DNA from: an uncultured Clostridia bacterium
GTDB taxonomy: Bacteria; Bacillota; Clostridia; Christensenellales; UBA1242
Length of the DNA: 43,723 nt
NCBI GenBank assembly: GCA_947625165.1
Contig: CANQNH010000003.1
Coordinates: 1 to 43,723 of the forward strand
Direction of reading: 5' to 3'
The first letter of the stretch is position 1. Each line of letters starts with the position of its first letter. Below the pieces are notes generated by a model, which searched no databases, was not told the DNA's origin, and worked only from the letters and a program-made list of their open reading frames with translations. Of this stretch, positions 1 to 9,341 are shown piece after piece. A program made the translations under genes and the position numbers.

Positions 1-2169
1 AACTTTTGTGTTGTCGCTTATGTATTTATAAGGCATCGCCGTTGAAAGCAAAGCTTCACCATTGATGACAAAATCGGATTGCTCTGTTCCCAAAAGTTGA
101 ACTCCCTTTGGCAACAAACTTTCTTTATAGGTGCTGTCAATGATGTTTCCAGCGGCATTTCTTGCCTGCACCAACTCGCCAGAGTTGTTGACAAGCAAAC
201 GATAGTCACCTTCCATAAAGTCGGCAAGCGAATATTCCTGCCTTGATGCAGGAATGTGATAGAAGAACCCTGCACCCGATGAGGCCGTGCCGCCGCGAAC
301 AAAGGTCTCATACCCCGTCGATTGAACTGCACCATCAAGAGTGATGTCACCATTGGAGGTGGTGTTAAGGCCTGTGAAAGCAAACAGAGTTCCACTTTCT
401 TTAACCCCGACCGAACTTATGTCCAGTCCAGAAGCATCCGCACAGTTGATGATGTATGTGTTCCCATTTGTTGCGCCAACAAGAGCACCCGGCTTGACAC
501 CGGATGAATAGTTAAGTTTGCGATATTCGCCAACGGTCAAATTTTTGATGACGGCATTGGTCACCTTGCCAAAAAGTCCAACATAGATGAAACTTTCTTG
601 CAACGAGCAGGAAATGTTCTTCACAGTGTGTCCATTTCCATCAAAAACGCCATTGAAACCTTGATACGATTTTGAAATTCCAATTGGTTGCCAAGTTTTT
701 CCGGTCAGGTCAATATCGCTTGTCAGCATGTAATATTGCCCCGGTGTTTGATTGGAAGAGTTATATTTTTTTGCCACAAAAGCAAGTTCTTCCGCCGTGT
801 TGACCAAATATGGAGAGGTGGCAGTTCCAGAGCCTTGAAGGGAGGAAACATATCCACTCCAAGTGTTGTCAAAACTCAAAGTTTCAAGTTCCACAAGAAA
901 AGCAAACCCTTTGTTGAAACCGGTTTTAACATTCCAAGTGCTTGTTTGACCGATTTCCCAATACAAACTCTCCTCTTCGAGAGGATTTGCTTGGTCAAAC
1001 CAGAAATCGTGGTTGATGTAAAATTCCGGCGTTTTTGCCAACATTGGCAGATTTCGTTCATAAGAGTTCTCACTTTCAGTGTCATAGCCAATCACTGCTT
1101 GGGAAAGGTCAATCGAAGCACCCTGCGTGCCAACAACCTTGCCAGGTTTGGTTGTTCCGCTGATTTGTCCCGCAGAAAAGCAGAAAGAAAGCATTTGGTT
1201 GCTTTTTGTTTGTTTTCCGATGATGCCACCGCAATCTCCGCCGTCAAGACCAGCGTTGATGTTTCCACCATTAAAGCATTCAGTCAATGTCAGTTGCCCA
1301 GCCAAAGTTCCGATAAGTCCACCAATGTCTGCAACACTTGATGCGGACAGGTTGCCGGTGTTGTACGCCTGACTTGTTGTGGATTTTACGCCAGTTTGAA
1401 TTTGTCCAATCAGTCCTCCAACCGAGCCGCTTGCACTTGAAACAAGCCCCGTGTTGCCAACAGTGGTCAAATTAATTTCTCCAGTTGTGGCAATTCCAAC
1501 AATGCCGCCGCAAGAGCCCGTGCCATTTGAAATGTTGACGGTGGATTTGCTGGTTGAAATGTTCACAATGCCGCTTGTGCTTCCAACAAGTCCGCCAATA
1601 TTTGCTCCTGACGAGATGTTTCCAGAAACTGAACATCTTTCAATTTCGCCGCCCGAGAAACTTCCAGCAATTCCGCCGACATTGTTGCCAGACGAAATGT
1701 CAATATTCTTAAGATGAAGATTTTCAATTTTTCCACCTGAAATTTTTCCAAAGAAACCAACATCACCAGAGGAAGAAGAGATTTTGATGTTGTAAATTGA
1801 GTGTCCATTTCCGTCAAATGTCCCTTGGAAAGAGCCTGTGGAGGAAGACGGCGTGATTGGAGCCCATTCAATCCCAGCAAGGTCAACATCTGTTTCCAGA
1901 ATGATTGTTGAGCCAGAATAGGACACATAACTGCCAGATGACCCACGCACCTGCTGAGCAAAGTATGCAAGCCCTCCTGCAGATTGTATGTAATATGTGT
2001 TTGCAACGCCCGCCGAAACAAAGCCACTCTCGTCTGCCTTGCCATCCCAAACGTCTGCTGTTCCACCATCAGCGGAAACAACACCACCCAAGTTCAAGTC
2101 AAGATTGAGAAAAACCCCGCAAAAAGCGAGTGCAAAAACCAAAAACAAAAAGAATGATTTTTTCTTCAT
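1..2169 (-). CDS. Secreted/surface GLUG-motif (Gly-rich beta-repeat) protein, partial (3' end runs off the window; absent from the ORF track because no stop is included)
   Basis: Manual translation of the minus frame from ATG 2169 (RBS GGAGAGGAAGG) gives MKKKSFFLFLVFALAFCGVFL... (signal peptide) and stays open to base 1. It has repeated NVGGIAG/NIGGLVG/SVGGLIG/DCGGIIG motifs and two FDGNGH(S/T) domains, one preceded by GSGTATSPYLVNTAEELA. Confidence 0.85.
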   Translation of the reverse strand, partial: MKKKSFFLFLVFALAFCGVFLNLDLNLGGVVSADGGTADVWDGKADESGFVSAGVANTYYIQSAGGLAYFAQQVRGSSGSYVSYSGSTIILETDVDLAGIEWAPITPSSSTGSFQGTFDGNGHSIYNIKISSSSGDVGFFGKISGGKIENLHLKNIDISSGNNVGGIAGSFSGGEIERCSVSGNISSGANIGGLVGSTSGIVNISTSKSTVNISNGTGSCGGIVGIATTGEINLTTVGNTGLVSSASGSVGGLIGQIQTGVKSTTSQAYNTGNLSASSVADIGGLIGTLAGQLTLTECFNGGNINAGLDGGDCGGIIGKQTKSNQMLSFCFSAGQISGTTKPGKVVGTQGASIDLSQAVIGYDTESENSYERNLPMLAKTPEFYINHDFWFDQANPLEEESLYWEIGQTSTWNVKTGFNKGFAFLVELETLSFDNTWSGYVSSLQGSGTATSPYLVNTAEELAFVAKKYNSSNQTPGQYYMLTSDIDLTGKTWQPIGISKSYQGFNGVFDGNGHTVKNISCSLQESFIYVGLFGKVTNAVIKNLTVGEYRKLNYSSGVKPGALVGATNGNTYIINCADASGLDISSVGVKESGTLFAFTGLNTTSNGDITLDGAVQSTGYETFVRGGTASSGAGFFYHIPASRQEYSLADFMEGDYRLLVNNSGELVQARNAAGNIIDSTYKESLLPKGVQLLGTEQSDFVINGEALLSTAMPYKYISDNTKV

Positions 2170-2218
2170 ACCTTCCTCTCCAAACTTTCAGGACACCCCC
2201 GAAAAAATGTTCAAACAA

Positions 2219-2247
2219 AGTATAGCATTTTTTGGAGCCAGACGCAA
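2219..2247 (-). promoter_or_regulatory. Putative sigma-A promoter of the GLUG protein gene
   Basis: Minus strand TTGCGT-17 bp-TATACT with an extended -10 (TGc). Confidence 0.5.
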
Positions 2248-2339
2248 ACAAAAGTGGGCAAATTATAAAAATATTATATATATAGCAACAAAAAATAACC
2301 GCAAATTTCAAATATTTTTTCGCCCGTAAATATATGTGA

Positions 2340-2810
2340 TTAAGGCGCTTGAAAATTTTTGAAAATTCAAAAAAATAAAGACAAGAGCAAAAAATTTGTT
2401 TTTTTTCAGTTTTTTTCAGTTTTTCCAGTGTTTTTTTTATAATTTTTTGTATTTTTTCCATTTTTTCACAATTCTTTATGCCCCTCACTCAACCCCATTT
2501 TTCCACTTTTCCCTATTCCAAAAATTTGTCAAATCCCAGCCCACCAAGTCGCAGCCAAAAGCAAAACAAAAAAACAAGCCCAAATTCTTGAAGATTTGAA
2601 AAAATTTTCAGACACTCCTCCCAGAAACAAGTTTCACAGCAAATCGATTGCAGAATTTTTTGATGTTTTAGGTGGAAAAAATTTTTATTTTTTTATTTTG
2701 CAAAAAAAAGGAAAAACAACAAAAAAACACAAAAAATTCAATTTTTTGCGTTTTTTTAACCATTTTTTGCTGTTTTTTTGAGATTTTTGCTATTTTTTCA
2801 AAAATTTATA
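2340..2810. repeat. Phased A/T-tract low-complexity intergenic DNA (~10 bp period)
   Basis: Tract starts at 2702, 2712, 2721, 2731 (A) and 2742, 2751, 2763, 2773, 2784, 2793 (T). A second T-tract run lies at about 2399-2466. Confidence 0.8.
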
Positions 2811-3848
2811 ATAATCCAATCCCATCGCATCTTTCATATTTTTCAGTGTTTTTGCAGCAACTTCGCTTGCTTTTTTTGAGTTCTCAAAAAGCATTTCATA
2901 GATTGCATCAATGTTTTTTTCAAGTTCTTTTCGTTTTTGTCTGATTGGCTCAAGCAGTTCTTGCAAGATGTTGTTCAAAAACAATTTGATTTTCACATCG
3001 CCAAGCCCACCTTTGCGATAATGTGCTTTCAGTTCTTCCAAATTGGCATATTCAGGCAAATATCTCCCAAAATGCTCATCTTTGCAAAAAGCGTCAAGAT
3101 ATTCAAACACAACATTCCCCTCAACTTTTCCTGGGTCGGTCACTTTGATGTGATTTGGATCGGTGTATGCACTCATAACTTTTTGCTTGACAACTTCCGG
3201 TTCATCCTTCAAAAAGATGCAATTTCCAAGACTTTTGCTCATTTTTGCAGCCCCATCAAGCCCCACAAGCCTGCCACACACCTTTTTCTCTGGCAAAAGC
3301 GCATTTGGTGCTGCAAAAACCTCTTTGCCATATGTGCTGTGGAATGTGCGCAAGATTTCACGCGTTTGCTCAATCATTGGCAGTTGGTCCTCACCCACAG
3401 GAACTATTGTTGTTCCAAAAGCCAAAATGTCGGCAGCCTGACTGATTGGATAACACAAAAAACCGACAGGAATTGAGGCGTTGAAACCTCGCAATTTCAG
3501 TTCGTCCTTGACTGTTGGATTTCTGTTCAACCTGGCAACTGTGACAAGGTTCATAAAATACATCGTCATCTCGGCAAGTTCAGGCACTTGCGACTGAATG
3601 AAAATGTCAACTTTGTTTGGGTCGATGCCGGCAGAGAGATAGTCAATTGCAACTTGAACAATGTTGTTCTTCACTTTGTCAACATTGTCAGCATTGTCAG
3701 TCAGTGCTTGCGTGTCGGCAATCATAATATAAAATTTTTCATAGCCGCCTTCTTCTTGCAATTTCAGTCTGTTTGCAACAGAGCCGACATAATGACCAAG
3801 ATGCAAATTCCCTGTTGGGCGGTCACCCGTCAAAATTATTTTTTTCAT
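2790..3848 (-). CDS. trpS: Tryptophanyl-tRNA synthetase
   Basis: MKKIILTGDRPTGNLHLGH (HIGH-like), YPISQAADI, VPVGEDQ and KMSKS motifs. Start moved to ATG 3848 because the ORF-track N-terminal extension is translated A/T-tract DNA. Confidence 0.97.
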   Translation of the reverse strand: MKKIILTGDRPTGNLHLGHYVGSVANRLKLQEEGGYEKFYIMIADTQALTDNADNVDKVKNNIVQVAIDYLSAGIDPNKVDIFIQSQVPELAEMTMYFMNLVTVARLNRNPTVKDELKLRGFNASIPVGFLCYPISQAADILAFGTTIVPVGEDQLPMIEQTREILRTFHSTYGKEVFAAPNALLPEKKVCGRLVGLDGAAKMSKSLGNCIFLKDEPEVVKQKVMSAYTDPNHIKVTDPGKVEGNVVFEYLDAFCKDEHFGRYLPEYANLEELKAHYRKGGLGDVKIKLFLNNILQELLEPIRQKRKELEKNIDAIYEMLFENSKKASEVAAKTLKNMKDAMGLDYYKFLKK

Positions 3849-4007
3849 AGAATTCTCCGAATGGAAAAATATCTCAAAATTTTCAAAAAAATGCAAAAAA
3901 ATTGTTTTTTTTATTATTTTTTTTGATTTTTTTGTTAATTTTATCAAATTTTTTTCAGCAATTTTTGTTTTCTTGCTTTTTTTGAAATTGATTATATTTT
4001 TCAAAAA

Positions 4008-5639
4008 TCAAACTATTGCACAAATTCTGCGCAGAACTTCCTTTTCTCCAAGGATTGTCATAATTTCATAAAGGTCTGGAGAGTTTTTGCGCCCCGTTAT
4101 CGCAACGCGGATATATTCGCACACTTTCGCAACATTGCCCAGATATTTTTCTGGGTTCTTCTTGAAATCCGCATTGTCTGTGGCATAGCCAAGTTCGCCC
4201 GCCATCTTCTTAACGTTGTCAAACCACGCGTCTTTTGTGTCCAAAACCAAATATTCTTTATATGCCCTCAAAACCTTTTCAAAATTTTTGCGTTCACTTT
4301 CTTCAATCTCAAAGGTTTTTGGTGCGCCAAACATATAGTCAAAAAGTTCAAAAAACATACTCCACTTAAAGATATCCTTTCGCGGCTTTGGCTTTTCGCG
4401 GTCAATGTTGAGGACTTTCATCACATAATCTTTCTGCTTTTCAAGATACTCAACATTCTCAAGGGAATATCCTTTCGCCCAATGAAGAAGATAGTCATAA
4501 CACTGCTGCGCTGTGAGTTTTGAAATGGCATCTTTTGAGATGTCGTTCAGTTTGTTGAAATCAAAAATTGGTGTGACCGTGGTGATTTTGAAGCCATCAA
4601 ACGCAAATTCTCTGAAATCCGCGTTTGGATTTTTCTTCCTCCAAATTTCAAAATTGGAATTGATAAGGTTGAGAAGATATTCCACAACGGCGGTTTTGTC
4701 ATAGCCCTCTTTTTCAAAGAAACGCATATCCATTTCTGGATCTTTGCGCTTTGAAAGTTTTCTGCGATTGCCTTTTTCGTTGAATTTGTATATGAGCGGA
4801 GTGTGAATATACTTTGGCTGTTTGAAGCCAAGCGCCTCAAAAATTTCGGCGTGAAGAGGATATGACGGCAACCACTCTTCCCCCCTCACAACAACCGTTG
4901 TGCCCATCAGAGTGTCGTCAATTGGGTGCGCAAAATGATAGGTTGGCAAGCCGTCAGTTTTAAGAAGAATTGCGTCCTTGCTGTTTTGCAAAATCTCAAT
5001 TTCTCCTCTGCTTCCATCTTGAAATTTGATTTTCTTCTTGCCGTCACCACTCGACTTTATTCTTATCGCAAATTTTTTGCCATCTTTCAAATTTTGTTCA
5101 ACTTGCTCATAGGTCAAATTTCGGCAAGGATCTTTCTCTTCCAAAACGCCCTGCGCAAAATTCTTTTCTCGTTTCTGTTTGACATCGTCAAGTCCATCCG
5201 TTTTCTTGCAAAAACAAGGAAAAGCCTTGCCCTCTGCCACAAGTTTTTTTGCATAAGCGCGATAGATTTCCTTTCTTTCGGTCTGATAGTATGGGCCATA
5301 ATCGCCAACAGTCACTCCGCCTTTGAGTTCATATTCGTCAGGTGTGAAGCCATAGCCGGTCAAAACATCCATAATGACAGCACTTGCGCCCAAAACTTCT
5401 CGTTTTTGGTCGGTGTCCTCAATTCTTAGATAGAACACCCCGCCGCTTTGCTTGGCAATGCTATAGTCAATCAACACCTGAAAAAAACCTCCAAGATGCA
5501 TAAAGCCGGTTGGGCTTGGCGCAAACCTTGTCACCTGCGCACCGGCAGCAAGTTTTCTTTTGGGATATTTTTTCTCAATTTCTTCAACCGTCAACTTCAC
5601 ATCCGGAAAAAGTAAATCCGCCAATTTTTTGTTATCCAT
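4008..5639 (-). CDS. gltX: Glutamyl-tRNA synthetase (long clostridial form)
   Basis: TRFAPSPTGFMHLGG, LRIEDTD, YHFAHPIDD, VVRGEEW and KLSKRK motifs. AAGGAG RBS before ATG 5639. Confidence 0.96.
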   Translation of the reverse strand: MDNKKLADLLFPDVKLTVEEIEKKYPKRKLAAGAQVTRFAPSPTGFMHLGGFFQVLIDYSIAKQSGGVFYLRIEDTDQKREVLGASAVIMDVLTGYGFTPDEYELKGGVTVGDYGPYYQTERKEIYRAYAKKLVAEGKAFPCFCKKTDGLDDVKQKREKNFAQGVLEEKDPCRNLTYEQVEQNLKDGKKFAIRIKSSGDGKKKIKFQDGSRGEIEILQNSKDAILLKTDGLPTYHFAHPIDDTLMGTTVVVRGEEWLPSYPLHAEIFEALGFKQPKYIHTPLIYKFNEKGNRRKLSKRKDPEMDMRFFEKEGYDKTAVVEYLLNLINSNFEIWRKKNPNADFREFAFDGFKITTVTPIFDFNKLNDISKDAISKLTAQQCYDYLLHWAKGYSLENVEYLEKQKDYVMKVLNIDREKPKPRKDIFKWSMFFELFDYMFGAPKTFEIEESERKNFEKVLRAYKEYLVLDTKDAWFDNVKKMAGELGYATDNADFKKNPEKYLGNVAKVCEYIRVAITGRKNSPDLYEIMTILGEKEVLRRICAIV

Positions 5640-5752
5640 TTTTTCTCCTTGTTTCACAAATTTTTGAGTTTTTTGCGAAAAAATTGGTTTTTTTTGCCAA
5701 TTTTTCATCATTTTTTACTTCTTTTTTGAGTTTTTTTGATTTTCTTCGCTTT

Positions 5753-6856
5753 TTACACACAAATTATGCCTTGAACATAATTAAGAAATCCAATCGCCGT
5801 GCAAGACAAAAATTGTGTGCATTTTTCGATGTAAATCTCCACAAATTTGTTGGCTTTCTTATATTCCTCAAGCACACCTTTATATTTGACATCCCAATTT
5901 TTGAAGTTGATGCCTCTCACCGATTTGATATAATCTTGTTGTTCGACTGCGAAATCTTTTGCTTGAGCAATCAGATCTTCAAGTTTATTACTTGCCTTGC
6001 ACTCTTTTGCAAGTAAGGTGTTTTTAATGTTGTTGTTGAAAAGATTTTTTGCCAAATCCAACAACTTGTTTCCCTCTGTTTTGGCATCTGCAAGAACGGG
6101 ATCCCAATTCATTTCATCGTGCACTTGAACGTAAGTCAATTCGGTGTATATCGGCAGCACTCTGACACGCAAATAGTCCCTGATGATTTCACTGTCTGTC
6201 TTTGTTCCACTTTTTGCCAAAGTGTCCAATATGCTGGATTTTTCAAGCACATTTGCCATTGAATTTGCCAAATTCACACATTTCTCGATGAGCGTCCCAT
6301 AAGATTTTTTGAAAAGTCTGACAATCTCTTTTGCATCAATGCTGTCGGTGTTGCCCGGATGATACACAAAATGGTCAACCAACTCTCGCCTTTCAGAAAC
6401 AAATTGTGGAATATATGAAATGACCGCTTTTATTTTTGCGTCAACATCGTTGATTGCTGATTTTGTTGCTGCATTAAGATTTGTTGGCAATGCCAAGATT
6501 GATGTTCGAGCCTGTCCGTCAATAAAGTCGTTTGCAATCGCCAGAATATAGTTGTATTTCGTTTCAAGTTCTCCATAAAATGCATCGGAAGCATCGTTTT
6601 TCACCGCAGTATCAACCGAAGTGCCATATGCGAGCTTATATTTTGTCGAAAAATTTGGGCTGACCTTTTCAAGCGGAGCGTTGCTGAAAACATCATTGCC
6701 CGAAGTGGAATATTTTTCATATGTCTGATCAAGGTCTTCAAAAGTTTCGGCAAGCGCCTTGATTGAAACATCTCCGCATCCCGAAAGCCCCACAAGAGAA
6801 AAAGCACAAATCACCAAAACGAAAACCAAAAGCAGCGATTTTATTTTTGTCTTCAT
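5753..6856 (-). CDS. Uncharacterised lipoprotein, predicted mostly helical
   Basis: 367 aa ORF with RBS AGGAGGG, a basic N-terminus, a hydrophobic stretch and lipobox LSG-C. Confidence 0.8.
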   Translation of the reverse strand: MKTKIKSLLLVFVLVICAFSLVGLSGCGDVSIKALAETFEDLDQTYEKYSTSGNDVFSNAPLEKVSPNFSTKYKLAYGTSVDTAVKNDASDAFYGELETKYNYILAIANDFIDGQARTSILALPTNLNAATKSAINDVDAKIKAVISYIPQFVSERRELVDHFVYHPGNTDSIDAKEIVRLFKKSYGTLIEKCVNLANSMANVLEKSSILDTLAKSGTKTDSEIIRDYLRVRVLPIYTELTYVQVHDEMNWDPVLADAKTEGNKLLDLAKNLFNNNIKNTLLAKECKASNKLEDLIAQAKDFAVEQQDYIKSVRGINFKNWDVKYKGVLEEYKKANKFVEIYIEKCTQFLSCTAIGFLNYVQGIICV

Positions 6857-6869
6857 AAGTCAACCCTCC

Positions 6870-7682
6870 TTACGCCAATGTTCCACTCAGGAACTGTTGA
6901 TATTCTTGTGAGGTTTTTCCGTTTTCGCCCAAAGAAATGATTTTTTCAATCTTGGCTTTCAAAGTATCGTTGTAATTATATCTAATGATTTTTTTCTCGC
7001 CTTCCACCGACATATAAGATTGGGCAAGTTTGTTCAACTGTGCACCCCCTGTGGTTTTGTCCGCACTTTTAACATCTTTGAGCGCATCTTGAACCGCCAT
7101 AAACAAAACTTTTGCGAAATCATTGTTAAGCAGTTTTGACACAACACAAGTTTGATAAATCTCACACAAATAATAAAGTGCATCGGCGGTCTGGTTCATC
7201 ATTTTCTGAACATCACCACAACGCTCGTTCCAAGTTGAAGCCTGCCAATAGTGACTTGAGCCAGCGCCTTCCATCGTGTCGTTGATGAAAGTTTGAAGCT
7301 GTGTTGCCAATTTTCCAGCCGAACTGAAATTGTCTTGCACTTTTTTGCGATTGTCGCGATAAGTTTTGGTGTATTGCGTGAAAACAATTTGTCTGCGGAA
7401 AAACTGCCCCACAGTCTCGGCTGCCTCGAAAAAGGTTTGATAGTCCTCAATTTTGTCTTTCTCAGACGCAAGTTCGGTCTTTGTCGCCATATCTTTGAGA
7501 TAGGCATCCATCTCTGTGTTTGCAGTGTTTTTTGCACTGAGATAGCCAGTGTCTGTGACATTTGCAACAAACTGCGCAAGTTCGGCAGTGTTCCGTCCAG
7601 CAAACAAACTGAAAAACACATATCCCAGCGCCGCCCCAACAAGCACAAGAGCAATGACAACCCAAACGACTTTTTTCTTCAT
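6870..7682 (-). CDS. Uncharacterised protein with an N-terminal membrane anchor/signal
   Basis: 270 aa, MKKKVVWVVIALVLVGAALGYVFFSLF. The start overlaps the dnaB stop (ATGA). Confidence 0.8.
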   Translation of the reverse strand: MKKKVVWVVIALVLVGAALGYVFFSLFAGRNTAELAQFVANVTDTGYLSAKNTANTEMDAYLKDMATKTELASEKDKIEDYQTFFEAAETVGQFFRRQIVFTQYTKTYRDNRKKVQDNFSSAGKLATQLQTFINDTMEGAGSSHYWQASTWNERCGDVQKMMNQTADALYYLCEIYQTCVVSKLLNNDFAKVLFMAVQDALKDVKSADKTTGGAQLNKLAQSYMSVEGEKKIIRYNYNDTLKAKIEKIISLGENGKTSQEYQQFLSGTLA

Positions 7683-9061
7683 TCTTCCTCCTTTTGTTCA
7701 ACAACAATTTTCTCTTTCGGATTGAGATATGTTGTGTATTCTCCAACCCAACGGAGTTTGATTTCGCCCGTCTGACCATTTCTGTGTTTTGCGATGTTCA
7801 GATAGACAGTGCCCGGCTCGTCCTCCGGTTTGGCATCGTTATACTTTGCAGGATTATACAAAAACAAAACGATGTCCGCATCTTGCTCGATTGAGCCGGA
7901 CTCTCGAAGGTCGGCCATAATTGGTCGATGGTCTTCACGAAGGTCTGGCCCACGGTTGAGTTGCGCAAGCAGCAAAACCGGCACATTCAACTCTTTTGCC
8001 ATCTGCTTCAAGGTTTTTGTGATTTGAGTGACTTCCTGAGTTCTGCTTTCGGCACGTTTTTCCCGTTTGTCGTTGGCACTGTTCAGGTTCATCAGGGTCA
8101 AATAGTCAATCACAACCATATCAAGCCCTTCGGTGAGTTTCAGTTTTTGGCATTTGGTTCGGATTTCAAAAGGTGAAATGCCTGCGGATGGGTCGATGTA
8201 AATCCCTGAGCCCGACAATTTTTTCTCCGCCGTCCAAACTCGCTTCCACTCCTCGTTTGAGATGTTGCCATTCAAGATTTTTTTCAGTTCAACTTTCGAA
8301 ACTGACGAAAGCGACCTTGCCATAAGTTGTTCTCTGGACATTTCCAAAGAAAAAACCGCAATTTTCTTGTTCATATTCAGCGCTGCATTGACGGCAATAT
8401 TCATCGCAAACGAGGTTTTCCCCACGCCTGGTCTGGCGGCCAAAATGATGAGGTCGCTGTTTTGCAGTCCGTTTGTGATTTCGTCAAACTCGGCATAGCC
8501 GGTTGGGATGCCGCGCATCTTGCCTTGATTTTCGGCAAGATAGGAAATTTGTTTCAAAAGGTTTGCCATCGCGCCGCCCGGTCTTCCAACTTGTTCAAGG
8601 TCGGTTTTCATATCTTTTTGCGACAGATTGAAGATTTCTTTTTCGGCAAAGCGCAAAGCCTCTGTTCCGTCCTGACAATCAAAAGCGTTGTTGATCACCT
8701 TTTGAGATGTTGCAATCACCTTTCGTTTTATGGATGCTTCCTTAACATTGTCTTGATAGTGCTGATAGTTTGCTGCAGAAGGCACGCAGTTTGTCAGCAT
8801 TGTGATATAGTCAATTCCGCCAACAAGGTCCAACTTCTTTTCAATTTCAAGTTGATTGACAAGCGTCACAAAGTCAACTGGGATGCTTTTGACAAAAATC
8901 TCTTGCATACTTTTGTATATGTTTTTGTGCGCTTCGCTATAAAAATCCTCTGGCATAACATCGCTCAAAATCTCTCTTTGGCTTTCGTTGTCCAACAGGA
9001 TGCAGCCCAAAAGCGCTTGCTCGGATTCCAGGCTGTTTGGCAAAATTTTGTATTCTGACAT
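7679..9061 (-). CDS. dnaB: Replicative DNA helicase
   Basis: LPNSLESEQALLG N-terminus, Walker A AARPGVGKT, FSLEM, VIDYL, DLRESGSIEQDAD and IAKHRNG motifs. RBS GAGGGGAGG before ATG 9061. Confidence 0.97.
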   Translation of the reverse strand: MSEYKILPNSLESEQALLGCILLDNESQREILSDVMPEDFYSEAHKNIYKSMQEIFVKSIPVDFVTLVNQLEIEKKLDLVGGIDYITMLTNCVPSAANYQHYQDNVKEASIKRKVIATSQKVINNAFDCQDGTEALRFAEKEIFNLSQKDMKTDLEQVGRPGGAMANLLKQISYLAENQGKMRGIPTGYAEFDEITNGLQNSDLIILAARPGVGKTSFAMNIAVNAALNMNKKIAVFSLEMSREQLMARSLSSVSKVELKKILNGNISNEEWKRVWTAEKKLSGSGIYIDPSAGISPFEIRTKCQKLKLTEGLDMVVIDYLTLMNLNSANDKREKRAESRTQEVTQITKTLKQMAKELNVPVLLLAQLNRGPDLREDHRPIMADLRESGSIEQDADIVLFLYNPAKYNDAKPEDEPGTVYLNIAKHRNGQTGEIKLRWVGEYTTYLNPKEKIVVEQKEEE

Positions 9062-9083
9062 CGTTTGTCCTCCCCTCGTCCCG

Positions 9084-9335
9084 TCACTCTGCAAACGGGT
9101 CTTTTTTCTTTTTCAGGCGTTCTTTTTTCTTGTTGTCAATTTTTGAGAAAACCCAAAGATAGAAAAAATATAAAATCAAAAGCATCACCACAAGCACCAA
9201 TATGTTTGCCCACATCGGCACTTTTGCCCAAATCAGCAAAACTGCAACAACAAGTGATGGCACCAAAACAATAAGCAAAAAAAGCCCAATTCTTTTGATT
9301 TGTCTTTTCAGTTCCTGCTTTTCCGTGCTTTTCAT
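9084..9335 (-). CDS. Small two-TM membrane protein
   Basis: 83 aa with two hydrophobic segments, a basic tail ending KKKDPFAE, and a consensus promoter directly upstream. Confidence 0.75.
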   Translation of the reverse strand: MKSTEKQELKRQIKRIGLFLLIVLVPSLVVAVLLIWAKVPMWANILVLVVMLLILYFFYLWVFSKIDNKKKERLKKKKDPFAE

Positions 9336-9341
9336 AACGAT

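Noticed and set aside
18-2108. ORF-track entries across 18-2108 (for example 688-1341 + and 1563-2087 -)
   Set aside because: They are shadow ORFs of the real minus-strand GLUG gene at 1-2169.
2099-2944. Lys/Phe-rich ORFs in intergenic DNA (2099-2488, 2396-2599, 2596-2781, 2672-2944; likewise 26692-26997, 27629-27940, 35578-35784, 40855-41079, 41680-41937)
   Set aside because: These are translations of A/T tracts (AAA=Lys, TTT=Phe). Stops are scarce because TpA is avoided, and they have no RBS or domain motifs.
3849-4004. ORF-track N-terminal extensions of trpS (and of gltX, both ABC genes, mscL, the 37497 lipoprotein and the PH protein)
   Set aside because: Family-typical N-termini, and in most cases SD sequences, indicate downstream starts. 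The extensions are low-complexity or overlap other features.
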